NCBI GenBank assembly: GCA_964227855.1 | Contig: CAXQWT010000116.1 | Coordinates: forward strand, 1-55,010 | Source of the DNA: Salipiger bermudensis | GTDB taxonomy: Archaea > Thermoplasmatota > Poseidoniia > Poseidoniales > Poseidoniaceae | Direction of reading: 5' to 3' | Length of the DNA: 55,010 nt | Part shown: positions 33,852-43,849 of the stretch, piece by piece | Layout of the letters: each line of letters begins with the position of its first letter | Numbering within the stretch: the stretch's first letter is position 1 | Position numbers and translations under genes: made by a program | Notes under the pieces: model-generated | Seen by the model: only the letters and a program-made list of their open reading frames with translations | Database searches by the model: none | What the model was told of the DNA's origin: nothing

Positions 33852-34121
33852 ATGTTTACAGAACTTCTTGAACAACACCAAGGAACGTTCCTTGTCTTTA
33901 CCGGTCGCTTTTGCGGATATTGCACTGCAGCAAAGCGATTGCTTACTCAGAAGCAATTACCATTTGTTGAAATTTCATTCGACGAGAACCCTCCCGAACT
34001 TCGTGATGAAGTTGTTGAAGCGACCATGCATCGAACCGTACCTGTGATTTTTGACATACGTGGAGAGGATCGTATTTTCATTGGAGGATTCGATGAATTG
34101 AGTAAATATCCACTCAATTGA
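33852..34121 (+). CDS. Glutaredoxin
   Basis: The active site is CGYC (FTGRFCGYCTAAKRLL), and the downstream TVPVIF...IGGFDEL motif is present. The ATG at 33852 is preferred over the TTG at 33822. Confidence 0.75.
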   Translation: MFTELLEQHQGTFLVFTGRFCGYCTAAKRLLTQKQLPFVEISFDENPPELRDEVVEATMHRTVPVIFDIRGEDRIFIGGFDELSKYPLN

Positions 34122-34725
34122 TGAACTCATCCAGCCAATCCTTGAGCACATCATGGTGTTCTGTCGGTATCATGTGTCCTTTTTGATGCTCGACCAATTC
34201 TACACTCCAACCAGCTGCTTCAAACAGATGAGCCACGGCCCATCCATCTTCGATGGGTACACGAACATCTCGAATTCCATGCATCCAGAACATCTTCTTT
34301 TCATCCAGTTCCTCCAGTCGGAGACGAAGTTCCATTGGCCGAACCAGACGCGTACCTAATGCAACGATACCGACGATTCGGTCCGCAAGAGGCAATTGGA
34401 GCATCTCCTGTGCCATCGCCCCACCTTGAGAAAACCCACCAACCACGAGAGGACCCATTGGTGCTTCTTCGGCGATTAACTTCTCAAGTTGTGAAAGAGA
34501 GGAATCAACATCCATCAACTCTCGTCGTGAGAGTTGAAGTCTACGCGTCACATCAGGATCCTCGTCCTCATACCTCCACCACGTCTTTCCACGCCGAGGA
34601 TGATTGAACCGAGCATCTGGTACGAGCAAGGTCCATCCCTCTGGTAGTATCTTTTCAGCAAAGGGTCGCATCATCTCTGCCGTGCCGGTCATGCCATGCA
34701 TCATAATGAGAGTCGGCATTGGCAT
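34114..34725 (-). CDS. Alpha/beta hydrolase, phospholipase/carboxylesterase family
   Basis: A nucleophile elbow (GFSQGGAMA) and a C-terminal His motif (HQKGHMIP) are present. The start is uncertain among 34752 (TTG), 34725 and 34719 (ATG). A GAGGT motif lies at 34727-34731. Confidence 0.75.
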   Translation of the reverse strand: MPMPTLIMMHGMTGTAEMMRPFAEKILPEGWTLLVPDARFNHPRRGKTWWRYEDEDPDVTRRLQLSRRELMDVDSSLSQLEKLIAEEAPMGPLVVGGFSQGGAMAQEMLQLPLADRIVGIVALGTRLVRPMELRLRLEELDEKKMFWMHGIRDVRVPIEDGWAVAHLFEAAGWSVELVEHQKGHMIPTEHHDVLKDWLDEFIN

Positions 34726-34729
34726 TACC

Positions 34730-35698
34730 TCACAAGGTCCATTGGAACACAAGTGCTCCAGCGACTTTGAGATGAATAAATGAGGACGGACCCCGAACAG
34801 TTACTGTGAGTGAATAATCTCCTGAATTCGAAGGGATTGTTCCAATCGCTCCCTTTTCCGTCGCCCCAGAACCCCATGCTCGTGTCAATGGAGAAGCACC
34901 TGCGTGATCTTTCATTGTCAATGAACCTGAGGCGGGTCCATTGGAAGCGATTTCCACATCGAGATACCAAACGAGAGTGTCCCAATCGCCTTCTGAAGGA
35001 TGGCCAGAATCAAAAAATGAGTCGTAAATCTCCTGGTCGTTTTCCTCGTACATCCGATCTATGAGGTCACGTGCTCGATAAAAGAAAACATCACCTTCGT
35101 AGTTTGAACGTGCAATGTTCAAGTCCATTCGAAGTTGGATGCTTCCATCACCATCTCTCCAAACGAGGCGTTCAAGGAACCCTTTGCTTCCACTAAATGT
35201 GTAGGATAGTTCGTGGCCTTCAGCCGATTCCGCTTCGACTCGAGCATTTCCATTATCGAGTGATGTTGTTGTTGCATCCCATTCTTGGTCGAGGAGCGTA
35301 AACGACCAGGAATCACCTACAGTCCACGGGAACGAGAACACCTGTTGCGGCTCTCCATTTTCGTAAACAGCTAGTTGATCAATGGTCATTCGGCCAAGGA
35401 ATGGATTGTGATTGATGACGGCATGACGTTGGGCTTCACGCTCTGAGGAGATTCCGAGTACATATTCTCCAGAGCTGTTGTCGATTTCAGCAACAACGAG
35501 TCGTGCACTGTCCTCACCGAACTGAGGCGTAATGAAGGTGTAGAGCCAATTTTGTCCAATACCCCATTCAGGAAGTTGTTTCTCTTCCTCAGTCATGCTG
35601 TTGGTTGAACCCGATGAGTCGTCGTTACTGGTACAACCAGCGAGGCTCATGCAAAGTAACAAAGCAACCAAAAATAGGCTACGATGCAGTGCTTGCAT
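34730..35698 (-). CDS. Hypothetical secreted lipoprotein
   Basis: The signal peptide has a lipobox-like LAGC (MQALHRSLFLVALLLCMSLAGCTSND). The remainder has no motif I recognise. Confidence 0.6.
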   Translation of the reverse strand: MQALHRSLFLVALLLCMSLAGCTSNDDSSGSTNSMTEEEKQLPEWGIGQNWLYTFITPQFGEDSARLVVAEIDNSSGEYVLGISSEREAQRHAVINHNPFLGRMTIDQLAVYENGEPQQVFSFPWTVGDSWSFTLLDQEWDATTTSLDNGNARVEAESAEGHELSYTFSGSKGFLERLVWRDGDGSIQLRMDLNIARSNYEGDVFFYRARDLIDRMYEENDQEIYDSFFDSGHPSEGDWDTLVWYLDVEIASNGPASGSLTMKDHAGASPLTRAWGSGATEKGAIGTIPSNSGDYSLTVTVRGPSSFIHLKVAGALVFQWTL

Positions 35699-35744
35699 GG
35701 ATTAGCCTATCGACCCTTCTTCAAGAGGGTAACGCTTGACCGTC

Positions 35745-37832
35745 TCAAAGGAGTCCATTGTCGGTGAGCTTACCAGTACCTGCAAGAACAACTGCAACAA
35801 TGGACATCAACTTGATGAGAATGTTGAGTGATGGGCCTGAGGTGTCCTTGAATGGGTCACCGATGGTGTCGCCGATAACAGCAGCATCGTGAGCGTCGTC
35901 ACCCTTCTTTGCACCAGGGATGTGATCTTGTTCAATCGCTTTCTTGGCGTTGTCCCAAGCACCACCAGCGTTGGCCATGAAGAGAGCCATCAAGACACCC
36001 GTAACGAGTGCTCCGGCGAGCATTCCACCAAGTGCGGCGGTACCAAGTCCGAATCCAATGACGACTGGAGCAACCACTGCGACAACACCAGGTCCAACCA
36101 TCTCACGAAGAGCAGCCTTTGTCGAGATGTCAACACAGGTTTGAGAGTCTGGCTTGACGCCTTCTTTTCCTTCGAGGAGTCCTGGGATTTCCTTGAACTG
36201 TCGTCGAATCTCGACAACCATGTCACCTGCAGCCTTTCCGACTGAGGTCATCGTCATAGCAGCCACGACGAATGGTAGTCCACCACCAATGAGAAGACCA
36301 ATGACGACCATTGGCTCGGTCAAATCGAGGTTGACACCGCCAACGGAAGTTGTGTAAGCGGCCAAGAGAGCGAGAGCGGTCAATGCAGCAGATCCAATGG
36401 CGAATCCTTTGCCGACTGCAGCAGTCGTGTTACCAATTGAGTCAAGTTCGTCAGTGATAGCACGAACATCGTCGCCAAGTCCGCTCATCTCTGCGATTCC
36501 ACCTGCGTTATCAGCAACTGGTCCGTAAGCATCGACAGTCATCGTGACACCGACAGTAGCGAGCATGCCCATAGCAGCCATAGCAATGCAGTAGAGACCG
36601 TAGGTTTCTCCACCGAATTCATTGGCTCCAAGGATACCGAGCGCGATGAGAACAACAGGCACGAAGGTAGACATCATTCCGACAGAGAGACCTGCAATTG
36701 CGTTGGTTGCAGGACCGGTCTTCGACATCTCACCGATGTGAGGAATAGCCTTGGTTTTGATTCCGAAAACAGGCTCAATACCGGTGTAGTATTCTGTCAC
36801 GAGTCCAATCAGGATTCCGACAACACTGCCTAGAACGACAGAGTGCATGACTCCATACTTCACCTCAATCAGGCCTTGATGGATGGCAAGATAGCCACCT
36901 GCCCAGAAGAGAACTGCGGCGATAAACGTCGTGTTTCGAAGAGCTGCAGCTGGATCGCTCCCGTTCTTGAGAAAAGACATTGAGAAGACACCGATGATGG
37001 AAGCAGCGTATCCGATGAACCCTAGAAGAATAGGGAGAAGGACGTAATCTGCAGCGGTATCTGTAGAGAAGTCGTTTGCAATAATCATGGAAGCGATGAT
37101 TGAACCTACGAACGATTCGAAGATGTCTGCACCCATTCCGGCGACGTCACCAACGTTGTCACCAACGTTGTCTGCGATAACACCAGGGTTTCGCGGATCG
37201 TCTTCAGGGATACCGGCTTCGACCTTACCGACGAGATCGGCTCCAACGTCCGCAGCCTTGGTGTAAATTCCTCCACCGACACGAGCGAAGAGTGCGATGG
37301 ATGATGCACCCATACCAAATCCTGCGGCTGCACTAACGGGGTTCATTGTACCGTCGCTCGCAGTCTCTCCAGCGCTTAACCAGAAGGCAATAAGCGAGAT
37401 ACCGAGGAGGCCAAGACCACCAACAGACAATCCCATAACGGCTCCACCGTTGTACGATACTGCGAGTGCCCCTGCTTGACCGTCGTTCTTTGCGGCCATT
37501 GCAGTTCGGCCGTTTGCAGAGGTTGCAGAACGCATTCCAGAGAATCCTGCAAGAACAGAAGCCACTGCACCTGCAAAGAAGGCAATCGCTGTGTCAATGT
37601 CATTGAGATAGGCCAGAACAGCACCTACAACAATCACGAAGACCGAGAGAATCCGGTATTCTGCGAAAAGGAACGCCATAGCACCCTTCTGGATTTCGTC
37701 TGTAATATCTGCGACAACTTCGTTGTCAATCTTTACTTTTGTTACTTGTTTGTAGAGGTAGAAGGCAATCAAAAGTCCTACGGCTCCCGCGCCTGCTGCA
37801 ATCAACGGTATGTTGTCCATCATAATGTACAC
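35745..37832 (-). CDS. hppA: Membrane-bound H+ (or Na+)-translocating pyrophosphatase
   Basis: A 695-aa polytopic protein carrying the diagnostic motifs [28 protein letters not shown] and [23 protein letters not shown]. Confidence 0.95.
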   Translation of the reverse strand: MYIMMDNIPLIAAGAGAVGLLIAFYLYKQVTKVKIDNEVVADITDEIQKGAMAFLFAEYRILSVFVIVVGAVLAYLNDIDTAIAFFAGAVASVLAGFSGMRSATSANGRTAMAAKNDGQAGALAVSYNGGAVMGLSVGGLGLLGISLIAFWLSAGETASDGTMNPVSAAAGFGMGASSIALFARVGGGIYTKAADVGADLVGKVEAGIPEDDPRNPGVIADNVGDNVGDVAGMGADIFESFVGSIIASMIIANDFSTDTAADYVLLPILLGFIGYAASIIGVFSMSFLKNGSDPAAALRNTTFIAAVLFWAGGYLAIHQGLIEVKYGVMHSVVLGSVVGILIGLVTEYYTGIEPVFGIKTKAIPHIGEMSKTGPATNAIAGLSVGMMSTFVPVVLIALGILGANEFGGETYGLYCIAMAAMGMLATVGVTMTVDAYGPVADNAGGIAEMSGLGDDVRAITDELDSIGNTTAAVGKGFAIGSAALTALALLAAYTTSVGGVNLDLTEPMVVIGLLIGGGLPFVVAAMTMTSVGKAAGDMVVEIRRQFKEIPGLLEGKEGVKPDSQTCVDISTKAALREMVGPGVVAVVAPVVIGFGLGTAALGGMLAGALVTGVLMALFMANAGGAWDNAKKAIEQDHIPGAKKGDDAHDAAVIGDTIGDPFKDTSGPSLNILIKLMSIVAVVLAGTGKLTDNGLL

Positions 37833-37973
37833 CTGTGCTTCGCCCGACCTAGGAACCCCTCATAAGAGATTCCCTGCAATTACCGGCTTGAAAGGCTAGT
37901 TTTTGGCCCCTATTCTTTACGCCGATGCCCGTTGCATCCAATCGTTGAAAGAGGGGGAGTTCGTCGGAACAGC

Positions 37974-38291
37974 ATGGGCATCAGTGCAGAGGAGATCTTG
38001 GCAGAGATTGGCCCGGTTCAAGAAATACTTGATGCACACGATGGCGTGGTAACCGTCCTCGACACCAGTGACGGCAACATCATGCTTTCACTGGACGGAG
38101 GTTGCAATGGCTGTTCGTCAACACCAATGACAGCAATGCAGATTTATTATTCCTTGAAAAAACTCGAAGCAGTAAACGATGTTATTTTCGTCAATGGAGA
38201 ACTTCCGGAGTACATGCGCACATTCATCAACCAAAAAATGGAGAAGGAAGCCGCTGAGTCATCCGAAGAAGGACCCGGCGAGATCGTTTGA
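37974..38291 (+). CDS. NifU-like (Nfu-type) Fe-S cluster scaffold domain protein
   Basis: The CxxC motif sits in the context LDGGCNGCSSTPMTAMQIYYSLKK, typical of the NifU C-terminal domain. The ATG at 37974 is preferred over the TTG at 37932. Confidence 0.7.
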   Translation: MGISAEEILAEIGPVQEILDAHDGVVTVLDTSDGNIMLSLDGGCNGCSSTPMTAMQIYYSLKKLEAVNDVIFVNGELPEYMRTFINQKMEKEAAESSEEGPGEIV

Positions 38292-38621
38292 TTACTCTTC
38301 TTCAACAGCACGGCCAATACTGTGTGGATTTGCTCCGAACGAGACATTCTCTCCTTTGATGTTCATTCTGGCAGCGATTGCCAAGACAATGCAAACGATT
38401 GAGACTGGGCGTGGAAGATAGTTCGACCCCCACAACGACCCTCCTGCGAGAGAAAGCCACCAAAGTGAAGCAGCAGCCAGAAGAAGCGTCGTGAAAATGA
38501 CGTTTTGCACAATCAGTTCAGCCTTCTCGGAGCGTGAAAAAGTCGCAATGAACATGAACAGTATGGCAGAAATCCCACAGAAGGTTTGGACGAGTATGGA
38601 AATGAACTCAACTTCGACCAT
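38292..38621 (-). CDS. Hypothetical small membrane protein (about 3 TM)
   Basis: The hydrophobic profile runs FISILVQTFCGISAILFMFIATF...TLLLAAASLWWLSLAGG...VSIVCIVLAIAA. The longer ORF-track version up to 38786 is antisense to the PolX start and was not accepted. Confidence 0.45.
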   Translation of the reverse strand: MVEVEFISILVQTFCGISAILFMFIATFSRSEKAELIVQNVIFTTLLLAAASLWWLSLAGGSLWGSNYLPRPVSIVCIVLAIAARMNIKGENVSFGANPHSIGRAVEEE

Positions 38622-38696
38622 GATTCGACCAGACGGAGGGGGTTTTTGAAACAACCACTTGCCATCCTTTTTGAGGCGTGGGCAACAGAAGTTACC

Positions 38697-40640
38697 ATGG
38701 CAGGCAGTGCGTTCAAACTTCCAAAGGCTCGGGCAAGCGGCGCACCGTATTTTTCTCGCAACCAAGTGGCTGCAGTGCTGCATCAAGTTGCAGTCCTACT
38801 CGAATTGCAAGGTGCGAACGTGTTCCGAGTACGGTCGTATCAAAACGGTAGTCGGCTGATTGGAACAATCACTGAGGACCTGCATGAATTGGTAGTTACA
38901 GGTCGCCTTTTCGAAATGAAAGGCATCGGGAAAGGTCTTGGCTCCGCCCTTTCGCAAGCCATACTGGAAGGTAGGTGGCCAGACGATTGGGTACGCTTGC
39001 ATGAGGATACGCCGCAAGGTATGATTGAGATGCTCGGCATTCCTGGACTCGGTCCAAAACGAATCAAATTGATGCATGAAGAATTGGGTGTTGATTCTAT
39101 TGCAAGTCTCAAGGAAGCTGCCGAGCAAGGTCGAATCGCCCCCATGAAAGGTTTCGGGAAAAAATCAGAACAACGAATGCTCGATGGAATTGAGTTGCTC
39201 TCTCGGTTCCGTGCACGACGGCGTCTGGACATTGGACTGAAATATGGAACGGCGTTTGAACAGAGAATCAAGGCCATTGATGGAGTTGAACGTGTGCAAC
39301 TCGCAGGAAGTGCACGCCGCCGTAAAGAAACAATTGGTGATTTGGATATCGTAGTCGGTGTCAAAAAAGAAAATCATGACAACGTTGCTAACGCAATCCT
39401 AGCATTGCAAGGTATTGCTGATGTAAAGGGCGCAGGCGACTCGAAGATTAGCCTCATTCTAGAGGCGAGCATCTTCGAGGACGGGTTTTCTGTTGGACAT
39501 ATCGATGCGAACGTGATGGAGGCGATTGGTGGTGATGATTACGAACAATTGGAGAGCGCTGGAACAATCGATGCGCAGGTTCGATTGGTACCTCCTGAAA
39601 TGTTTGCCTTCACCCTTGCCTACTTTACTGGAAGCAAAGAGCACAACATTGCGATGCGCCAACGAGCAATCGATCGTGGTCTTCGTCTGAATGAGTTTGG
39701 CCTCATCCCTGAAGCGAAGGCTGGTGATCTCAAAGGAATTGAAGCCGCACAATATTCCCTCTCCGCTATGGATGAACAAGAAATCTATTCGCATCTCGAT
39801 TTGCAATGGGTTCCACCTGAACTACGCGAAGATACTGGAGAAATTCAATCTGGAAGCGAACAGAACCTTCCACATTTACTGGAACTTGATGCCATCCAAG
39901 GAGCTCTTCACAATCACACCGTAGTATCTGATGGTGAAGCAACACTCGAACAAATGGCAGATGCTGCTCAATCACTGGGATGGACATGGCTTGGAATTGC
40001 CGACCATTCACCAACCCTGAAAATCGCAAATGGAGCTCCTGCCGACCGATTGTTGGAACAAGGACAAAAAATCCGAAAATACAACCAAAACTGGCAGAAT
40101 GAGGGGGTAAATTTCAGATTGTTTCATGGAGTTGAGTCCGACATCCTAGCTGGTGGGAAATTGGACCACCCTGATGAAGTCCTCAATGAGTTGGATTATG
40201 TTGTCGCATCCGTACATGCAATGACCAAATGGCGTGGCAGAGATGAAAGTGAGAATACTGAGGAATTACTCAAGGTTCTCGAACATCCTGCAACGAAAGT
40301 TCTCGGACATCCAACAGGTAGAATTTTACAGGGGCGAGAAGGGTACGAAGTCGATGTTCATCGACTGATTGATGCTATGGCGGAACATATCGAAGAAGGA
40401 CGGTTCAAATCGATTGAACTCAATGCAAGCCCGTATCGCCTGGATATTGATTACCGCCTTTGCAAGTATGCAAAACTCATGGGAGTACCTGTTGCGATCA
40501 GCCCAGATGCACACTCAATACGCGGTCTTGCAGACATCCAATACGGGGTTATGACTGCACGCAAAGGATGGCTCGAGCAAGGCGACGTGATCAACTCGAT
40601 GAGTGCTGATGCTTTGGCAAAACAACTCGCACTTCAGTGA
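38697..40640 (+). CDS. polX: Family X DNA polymerase with C-terminal PHP (histidinol-phosphatase-like) domain (PolX)
   Basis: The N-terminus shows 8-kDa/HhH motifs (LLELQGANVFRVRSYQNG, IPGLGPKRIKLM). The palm has GSARRRKETIGDLDIVV. The PHP domain has ALHNHTVVSDG...IADHSP...HGVESDI...ASVHA...LGHPTGR. The start was chosen at the ATG at 38697. Confidence 0.88.
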   Translation: MAGSAFKLPKARASGAPYFSRNQVAAVLHQVAVLLELQGANVFRVRSYQNGSRLIGTITEDLHELVVTGRLFEMKGIGKGLGSALSQAILEGRWPDDWVRLHEDTPQGMIEMLGIPGLGPKRIKLMHEELGVDSIASLKEAAEQGRIAPMKGFGKKSEQRMLDGIELLSRFRARRRLDIGLKYGTAFEQRIKAIDGVERVQLAGSARRRKETIGDLDIVVGVKKENHDNVANAILALQGIADVKGAGDSKISLILEASIFEDGFSVGHIDANVMEAIGGDDYEQLESAGTIDAQVRLVPPEMFAFTLAYFTGSKEHNIAMRQRAIDRGLRLNEFGLIPEAKAGDLKGIEAAQYSLSAMDEQEIYSHLDLQWVPPELREDTGEIQSGSEQNLPHLLELDAIQGALHNHTVVSDGEATLEQMADAAQSLGWTWLGIADHSPTLKIANGAPADRLLEQGQKIRKYNQNWQNEGVNFRLFHGVESDILAGGKLDHPDEVLNELDYVVASVHAMTKWRGRDESENTEELLKVLEHPATKVLGHPTGRILQGREGYEVDVHRLIDAMAEHIEEGRFKSIELNASPYRLDIDYRLCKYAKLMGVPVAISPDAHSIRGLADIQYGVMTARKGWLEQGDVINSMSADALAKQLALQ

Positions 40641-40677
40641 AGCAACAGTTCTTGAATGAGAGGAGGGTGGTTGAGCC

Positions 40678-40884
40678 ATGCGACTAACACGGACTCTCAT
40701 CATGGGAGCATTGATGGTGATTCCAGGTCTTTTCCTTGGCTTACTTCTATGGATTCTTGTAGGGCAACCACAAGATGGCGAGTCTCCACTTGTGGAAGCA
40801 CTTGTCTGTAATGCAATTCCATTAGCGAGCATCTTCTCTGGTTTGTTCTTTGGATGGGTCACTGGCTCGGAATATGCAGAATAG
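40678..40884 (+). CDS. Hypothetical small membrane protein (68 aa, 2 TM)
   Basis: There are two hydrophobic segments. Its stop overlaps the AGGTGAT SD of the downstream nth gene. No family was recognised. Confidence 0.4.
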   Translation: MRLTRTLIMGALMVIPGLFLGLLLWILVGQPQDGESPLVEALVCNAIPLASIFSGLFFGWVTGSEYAE

Positions 40885-40892
40885 GTGATGCA

Positions 40893-41564
40893 ATGAAGCG
40901 CAAGGAGAAGGCCGAGCGCATTCAGAAGATGCTTGAAGAGTTGTACCCTGAAACACCTGTTCCACTTGATCATGAAACGCCATTTCAACTCCTTATTGCA
41001 GTATTGATGAGTGCGCAGACAACCGATTTGAAAGTTAATCAAGTTACACCAGAATTGTTCAAGCAAGGGCCGACTCCTGAGAAAATGGCTGCTTTGGAAG
41101 TCTCTCAGATTCAATCAATGATTCGAGAGGTAGGCCTCGCACCAACCAAAGCCAAGAACATTAAGCGCTTGTCTGAATTACTTCTTGAACGTCATCAAGG
41201 AAACATTCCAGACACATTCCAGGAACTTGAGGCACTTCCCGGCGTAGGGCACAAAACCGCTGGAGTCGTTCTCGCTCAAGCATTTGGTACTCCTGCCTTT
41301 CCAATTGACACGCACATTCATCGCCTAGCAGCTCGATGGGGCCTTTCCAACGGAAGAAACGTCGACCAAACTGAGAAAGATCTCAAGGCTGTATTTCCAA
41401 AAGCGGCTTGGAATGACCTACACTTGCAAATCATTTTCTTTGGCAGAGAATACTGTCCTGCAAGGTACCATGATTTATCAGAGTGCCCCATCTGCTCATG
41501 GGCTGCAACCAAGAAGCGAATTTCAGAAGAAGCAAAGATGAACAGGACGAAAAAATCAAAGTGA
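40893..41564 (+). CDS. nth: Endonuclease III (DNA glycosylase/AP lyase)
   Basis: The HhH-GPD pattern is present: LIAVLMSAQTTDLKVN...LPGVGHKTAGVVL...PIDTHIHRLAARWGL, plus a C-terminal Cys cluster. An AGGTGAT SD lies 3 nt upstream of the ATG at 40893. Confidence 0.92.
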   Translation: MKRKEKAERIQKMLEELYPETPVPLDHETPFQLLIAVLMSAQTTDLKVNQVTPELFKQGPTPEKMAALEVSQIQSMIREVGLAPTKAKNIKRLSELLLERHQGNIPDTFQELEALPGVGHKTAGVVLAQAFGTPAFPIDTHIHRLAARWGLSNGRNVDQTEKDLKAVFPKAAWNDLHLQIIFFGREYCPARYHDLSECPICSWAATKKRISEEAKMNRTKKSK

Positions 41565-42017
41565 AATGCTTAGATTGAATCCAGAACCAAGCATTTGCAA
41601 CAACATAACTGTCCCAAGAATCAGCAATGTGATTCGAAGCGCAGGTGTTGTTGTATCTTCATCGTATGCTTCACGAACGAACGCATAGCCGATGAGACCA
41701 ACACCAACCATTGCGATAATAGTGGCAAAGGTATCCATCAGTCGCTCAAAATCATTGTACGATTCGGTATCTTCTGCAATTTTGGTGGCGACATCATCGG
41801 TTGAATCGTAATCAACTACTGCTGGTGGCCCCGAGAAATCGGGAAGAACGCTCACCAATCCCGCAATGAGGATAAGAATGACACCAATCATCAGGAACTT
41901 GTGTAGAGAGAACAAACCCCCTCCCATCATCGCCTGCTGAGGAGGATGATACATGTTCGTTGGAGCCGGGCTTACTTGCTGTGAGGGCGGTTGCATGAAA
42001 CGAGCATCGACAAACAA
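41556..42017 (-). CDS. Hypothetical membrane protein with Pro/Gln-rich N-terminus, directly downstream of arlJ
   Basis: The N-terminus QPPSQQVSPAPTNMYHPPQQAMM is followed by three hydrophobic helices. The position 42017 is a TTG, and the ATG at 41996 is an alternative start. The gap to the arlJ stop is 15 nt. Confidence 0.55.
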   Translation of the reverse strand: MFVDARFMQPPSQQVSPAPTNMYHPPQQAMMGGGLFSLHKFLMIGVILILIAGLVSVLPDFSGPPAVVDYDSTDDVATKIAEDTESYNDFERLMDTFATIIAMVGVGLIGYAFVREAYDEDTTTPALRITLLILGTVMLLQMLGSGFNLSISL

Positions 42018-42032
42018 GCATATACTCTTTTT

Positions 42033-43835
42033 CTAGACTCCAAAGACGGAAGAGGCTCCCTCAAGCAGAACTGCAGTAACCCACGATGTTATTCCCGCAA
42101 TCCAGAGCAACGTAATCGCTTGTCCTGCTGCGCTCGTTTTTCCACCACCACGAAGACGAGTTGCAATGGCCGAGACAGCAATGATCTGTCCTAGAACGAG
42201 GATTGAAACGATAACCTTGAACATACGGATGTTGTCTTCAACAGAGGAGGCATCCTCCATAACGGGGAGTGCAATACCACTTCCAAAGTCTTGCAATGAA
42301 CCTACATCGGTTGATGCAAGTCCGGTAGCTACACCTGCAATTGCTTCACCCAACTGCAAAACAATCGAAATGGTCACGTTGAGAGATGTTACACTCGCAA
42401 TAAGAAGGCCAAGGGCTACTCCCCACATTGTGTTCGCTGAGAGGGCTCGGCGTCTCCTCAGGGAGAGAAGGTTACCTACAGAACGTGAGACCATCTCAGC
42501 GGTCTCTGCTGGTTTACCCGAAGATTGAGACCCTTCGATGTAGATTCGAGTGTAGCGTGAGATAACAGCAGAGTTCGTATCCGCATTGAAGTAATCCCAT
42601 GCACGGTCGGAATCAATGCGTGTTGCAAGTCGGCGTTCAAGTCGATCGATGGAAGCGTCGAGCATTCCGAAATCAACACCGCGAAGCGCTTTGATTGTGG
42701 CAGAAGGTTCTGCACTTCGGGCCTGAGCTGTACCTCCTAAGGCTCGGATAAAATCGGGATAAGCCCCATCACGACGTTGCACATTCCCCTCCTCGCGACT
42801 GATCAACCATGCTGGAATCAGTAGAGGTGAGAGTGGAGCTGCAAGGAGAATGAGTCCGTATCGATCCCATTGTGAACTGATTTCCTCCCAAGTTGAGACA
42901 ACAACAAATGTTGTAACGAGCAAGAGAATCAAAGACACTGCTCCAGCCGAGAGAATCGACCGTGTGAAATTGATTCGGAACGGTGTATCCAATTCATCTC
43001 GAGCGAAGATAAGATCGCGCGGAATGGTTGCTCGAAACGCCATCATAGCACCTACTTGGATGACGATAAACAACATCGATGCAAGCAAGAGGAATCGCAA
43101 CCGAGAAGCGACTTCAATCGGTGTATCATTTTCACTACCGACTTCAAAGAGAACAAGGTGGATTCCTGCAATCACCAATCCGAAGAGTCCTGCAGTGACC
43201 AATGAGACGTAGATTTCCTGCATTGTATCGACACTTTCCAAACGTGTGTCGTACAGCGTGTTGTATTGTTCTGCAACCGTTTCTTGTTCAGATCGCATGA
43301 ATTCATCGATGGGTTGACCTGCTTCGATGGAAAACGCCATTCGGTCAAGGAAATCTGTCCAAAGTGGACTTGGACTTTGTTGGGCAACAATTCGTGCTGC
43401 CTCCGGGAGAGATGTGTGCCATTTGTCGACAAGTGTTTCAATGCGTTGAACTTCAGAAGCCAATTCACCATAATCTCTCATTTGTTTGAGAATATCGAAG
43501 ATAGTTTGTGCACCAACTTCCCCCAAGGAGAGAATACCCATACGAGTGATGAACATGTGCATTTCTCGTTCTATGAGATTTGCTGAACGAGTGACTTCAA
43601 GCAAAGGGAAGGCCATCGCAGCTCCTGCTGCGATAATTGGAAGCAAGAACAACAGGAGGATTCCTGATAACCCGCCGAAGAGGGCGCCTTCAGCAAAGCC
43701 TCCAGTGAGGAAGATCAACAGAAGCGATGCAAGGAGACCGCCTGCGAATGCTCCACCAACGTAGACGGCGATGAATCTGCCCACCGGCATCTCAAGCCGA
43801 CGAATGGCTATTTGCCACATCGGCATTCGTTCCAA
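42033..43835 (-). CDS. arlJ: Archaellum assembly platform membrane protein ArlJ (FlaJ)
   Basis: A 600-aa polytopic protein with two cytoplasmic T2SS-F-like regions. It occupies the last position of the arl operon, immediately after arlI. A GGAGGGGA SD lies 6 nt before the TTG at 43835. Confidence 0.85.
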   Translation of the reverse strand: MERMPMWQIAIRRLEMPVGRFIAVYVGGAFAGGLLASLLLIFLTGGFAEGALFGGLSGILLLFLLPIIAAGAAMAFPLLEVTRSANLIEREMHMFITRMGILSLGEVGAQTIFDILKQMRDYGELASEVQRIETLVDKWHTSLPEAARIVAQQSPSPLWTDFLDRMAFSIEAGQPIDEFMRSEQETVAEQYNTLYDTRLESVDTMQEIYVSLVTAGLFGLVIAGIHLVLFEVGSENDTPIEVASRLRFLLLASMLFIVIQVGAMMAFRATIPRDLIFARDELDTPFRINFTRSILSAGAVSLILLLVTTFVVVSTWEEISSQWDRYGLILLAAPLSPLLIPAWLISREEGNVQRRDGAYPDFIRALGGTAQARSAEPSATIKALRGVDFGMLDASIDRLERRLATRIDSDRAWDYFNADTNSAVISRYTRIYIEGSQSSGKPAETAEMVSRSVGNLLSLRRRRALSANTMWGVALGLLIASVTSLNVTISIVLQLGEAIAGVATGLASTDVGSLQDFGSGIALPVMEDASSVEDNIRMFKVIVSILVLGQIIAVSAIATRLRGGGKTSAAGQAITLLWIAGITSWVTAVLLEGASSVFGV

Positions 43836-43849
43836 CGTTCATCCCCTCC

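Noticed and set aside
35889-37865. Several plus-strand ORFs (35889-36245, 37476-37865 and others) inside the pyrophosphatase gene.
   Set aside because: They are antisense shadows of an unambiguous hppA coding sequence.
38622-38786. A Cys-rich N-terminal extension (CSHLVARKIRCAACPSLWKFERTACHGNFCCPRL) of the minus-strand ORF 38292-38786, which superficially resembles a zinc ribbon.
   Set aside because: This part is antisense to the 5' end of the well-supported PolX gene. The hydrophobic protein reads sensibly from the internal ATG at 38621.
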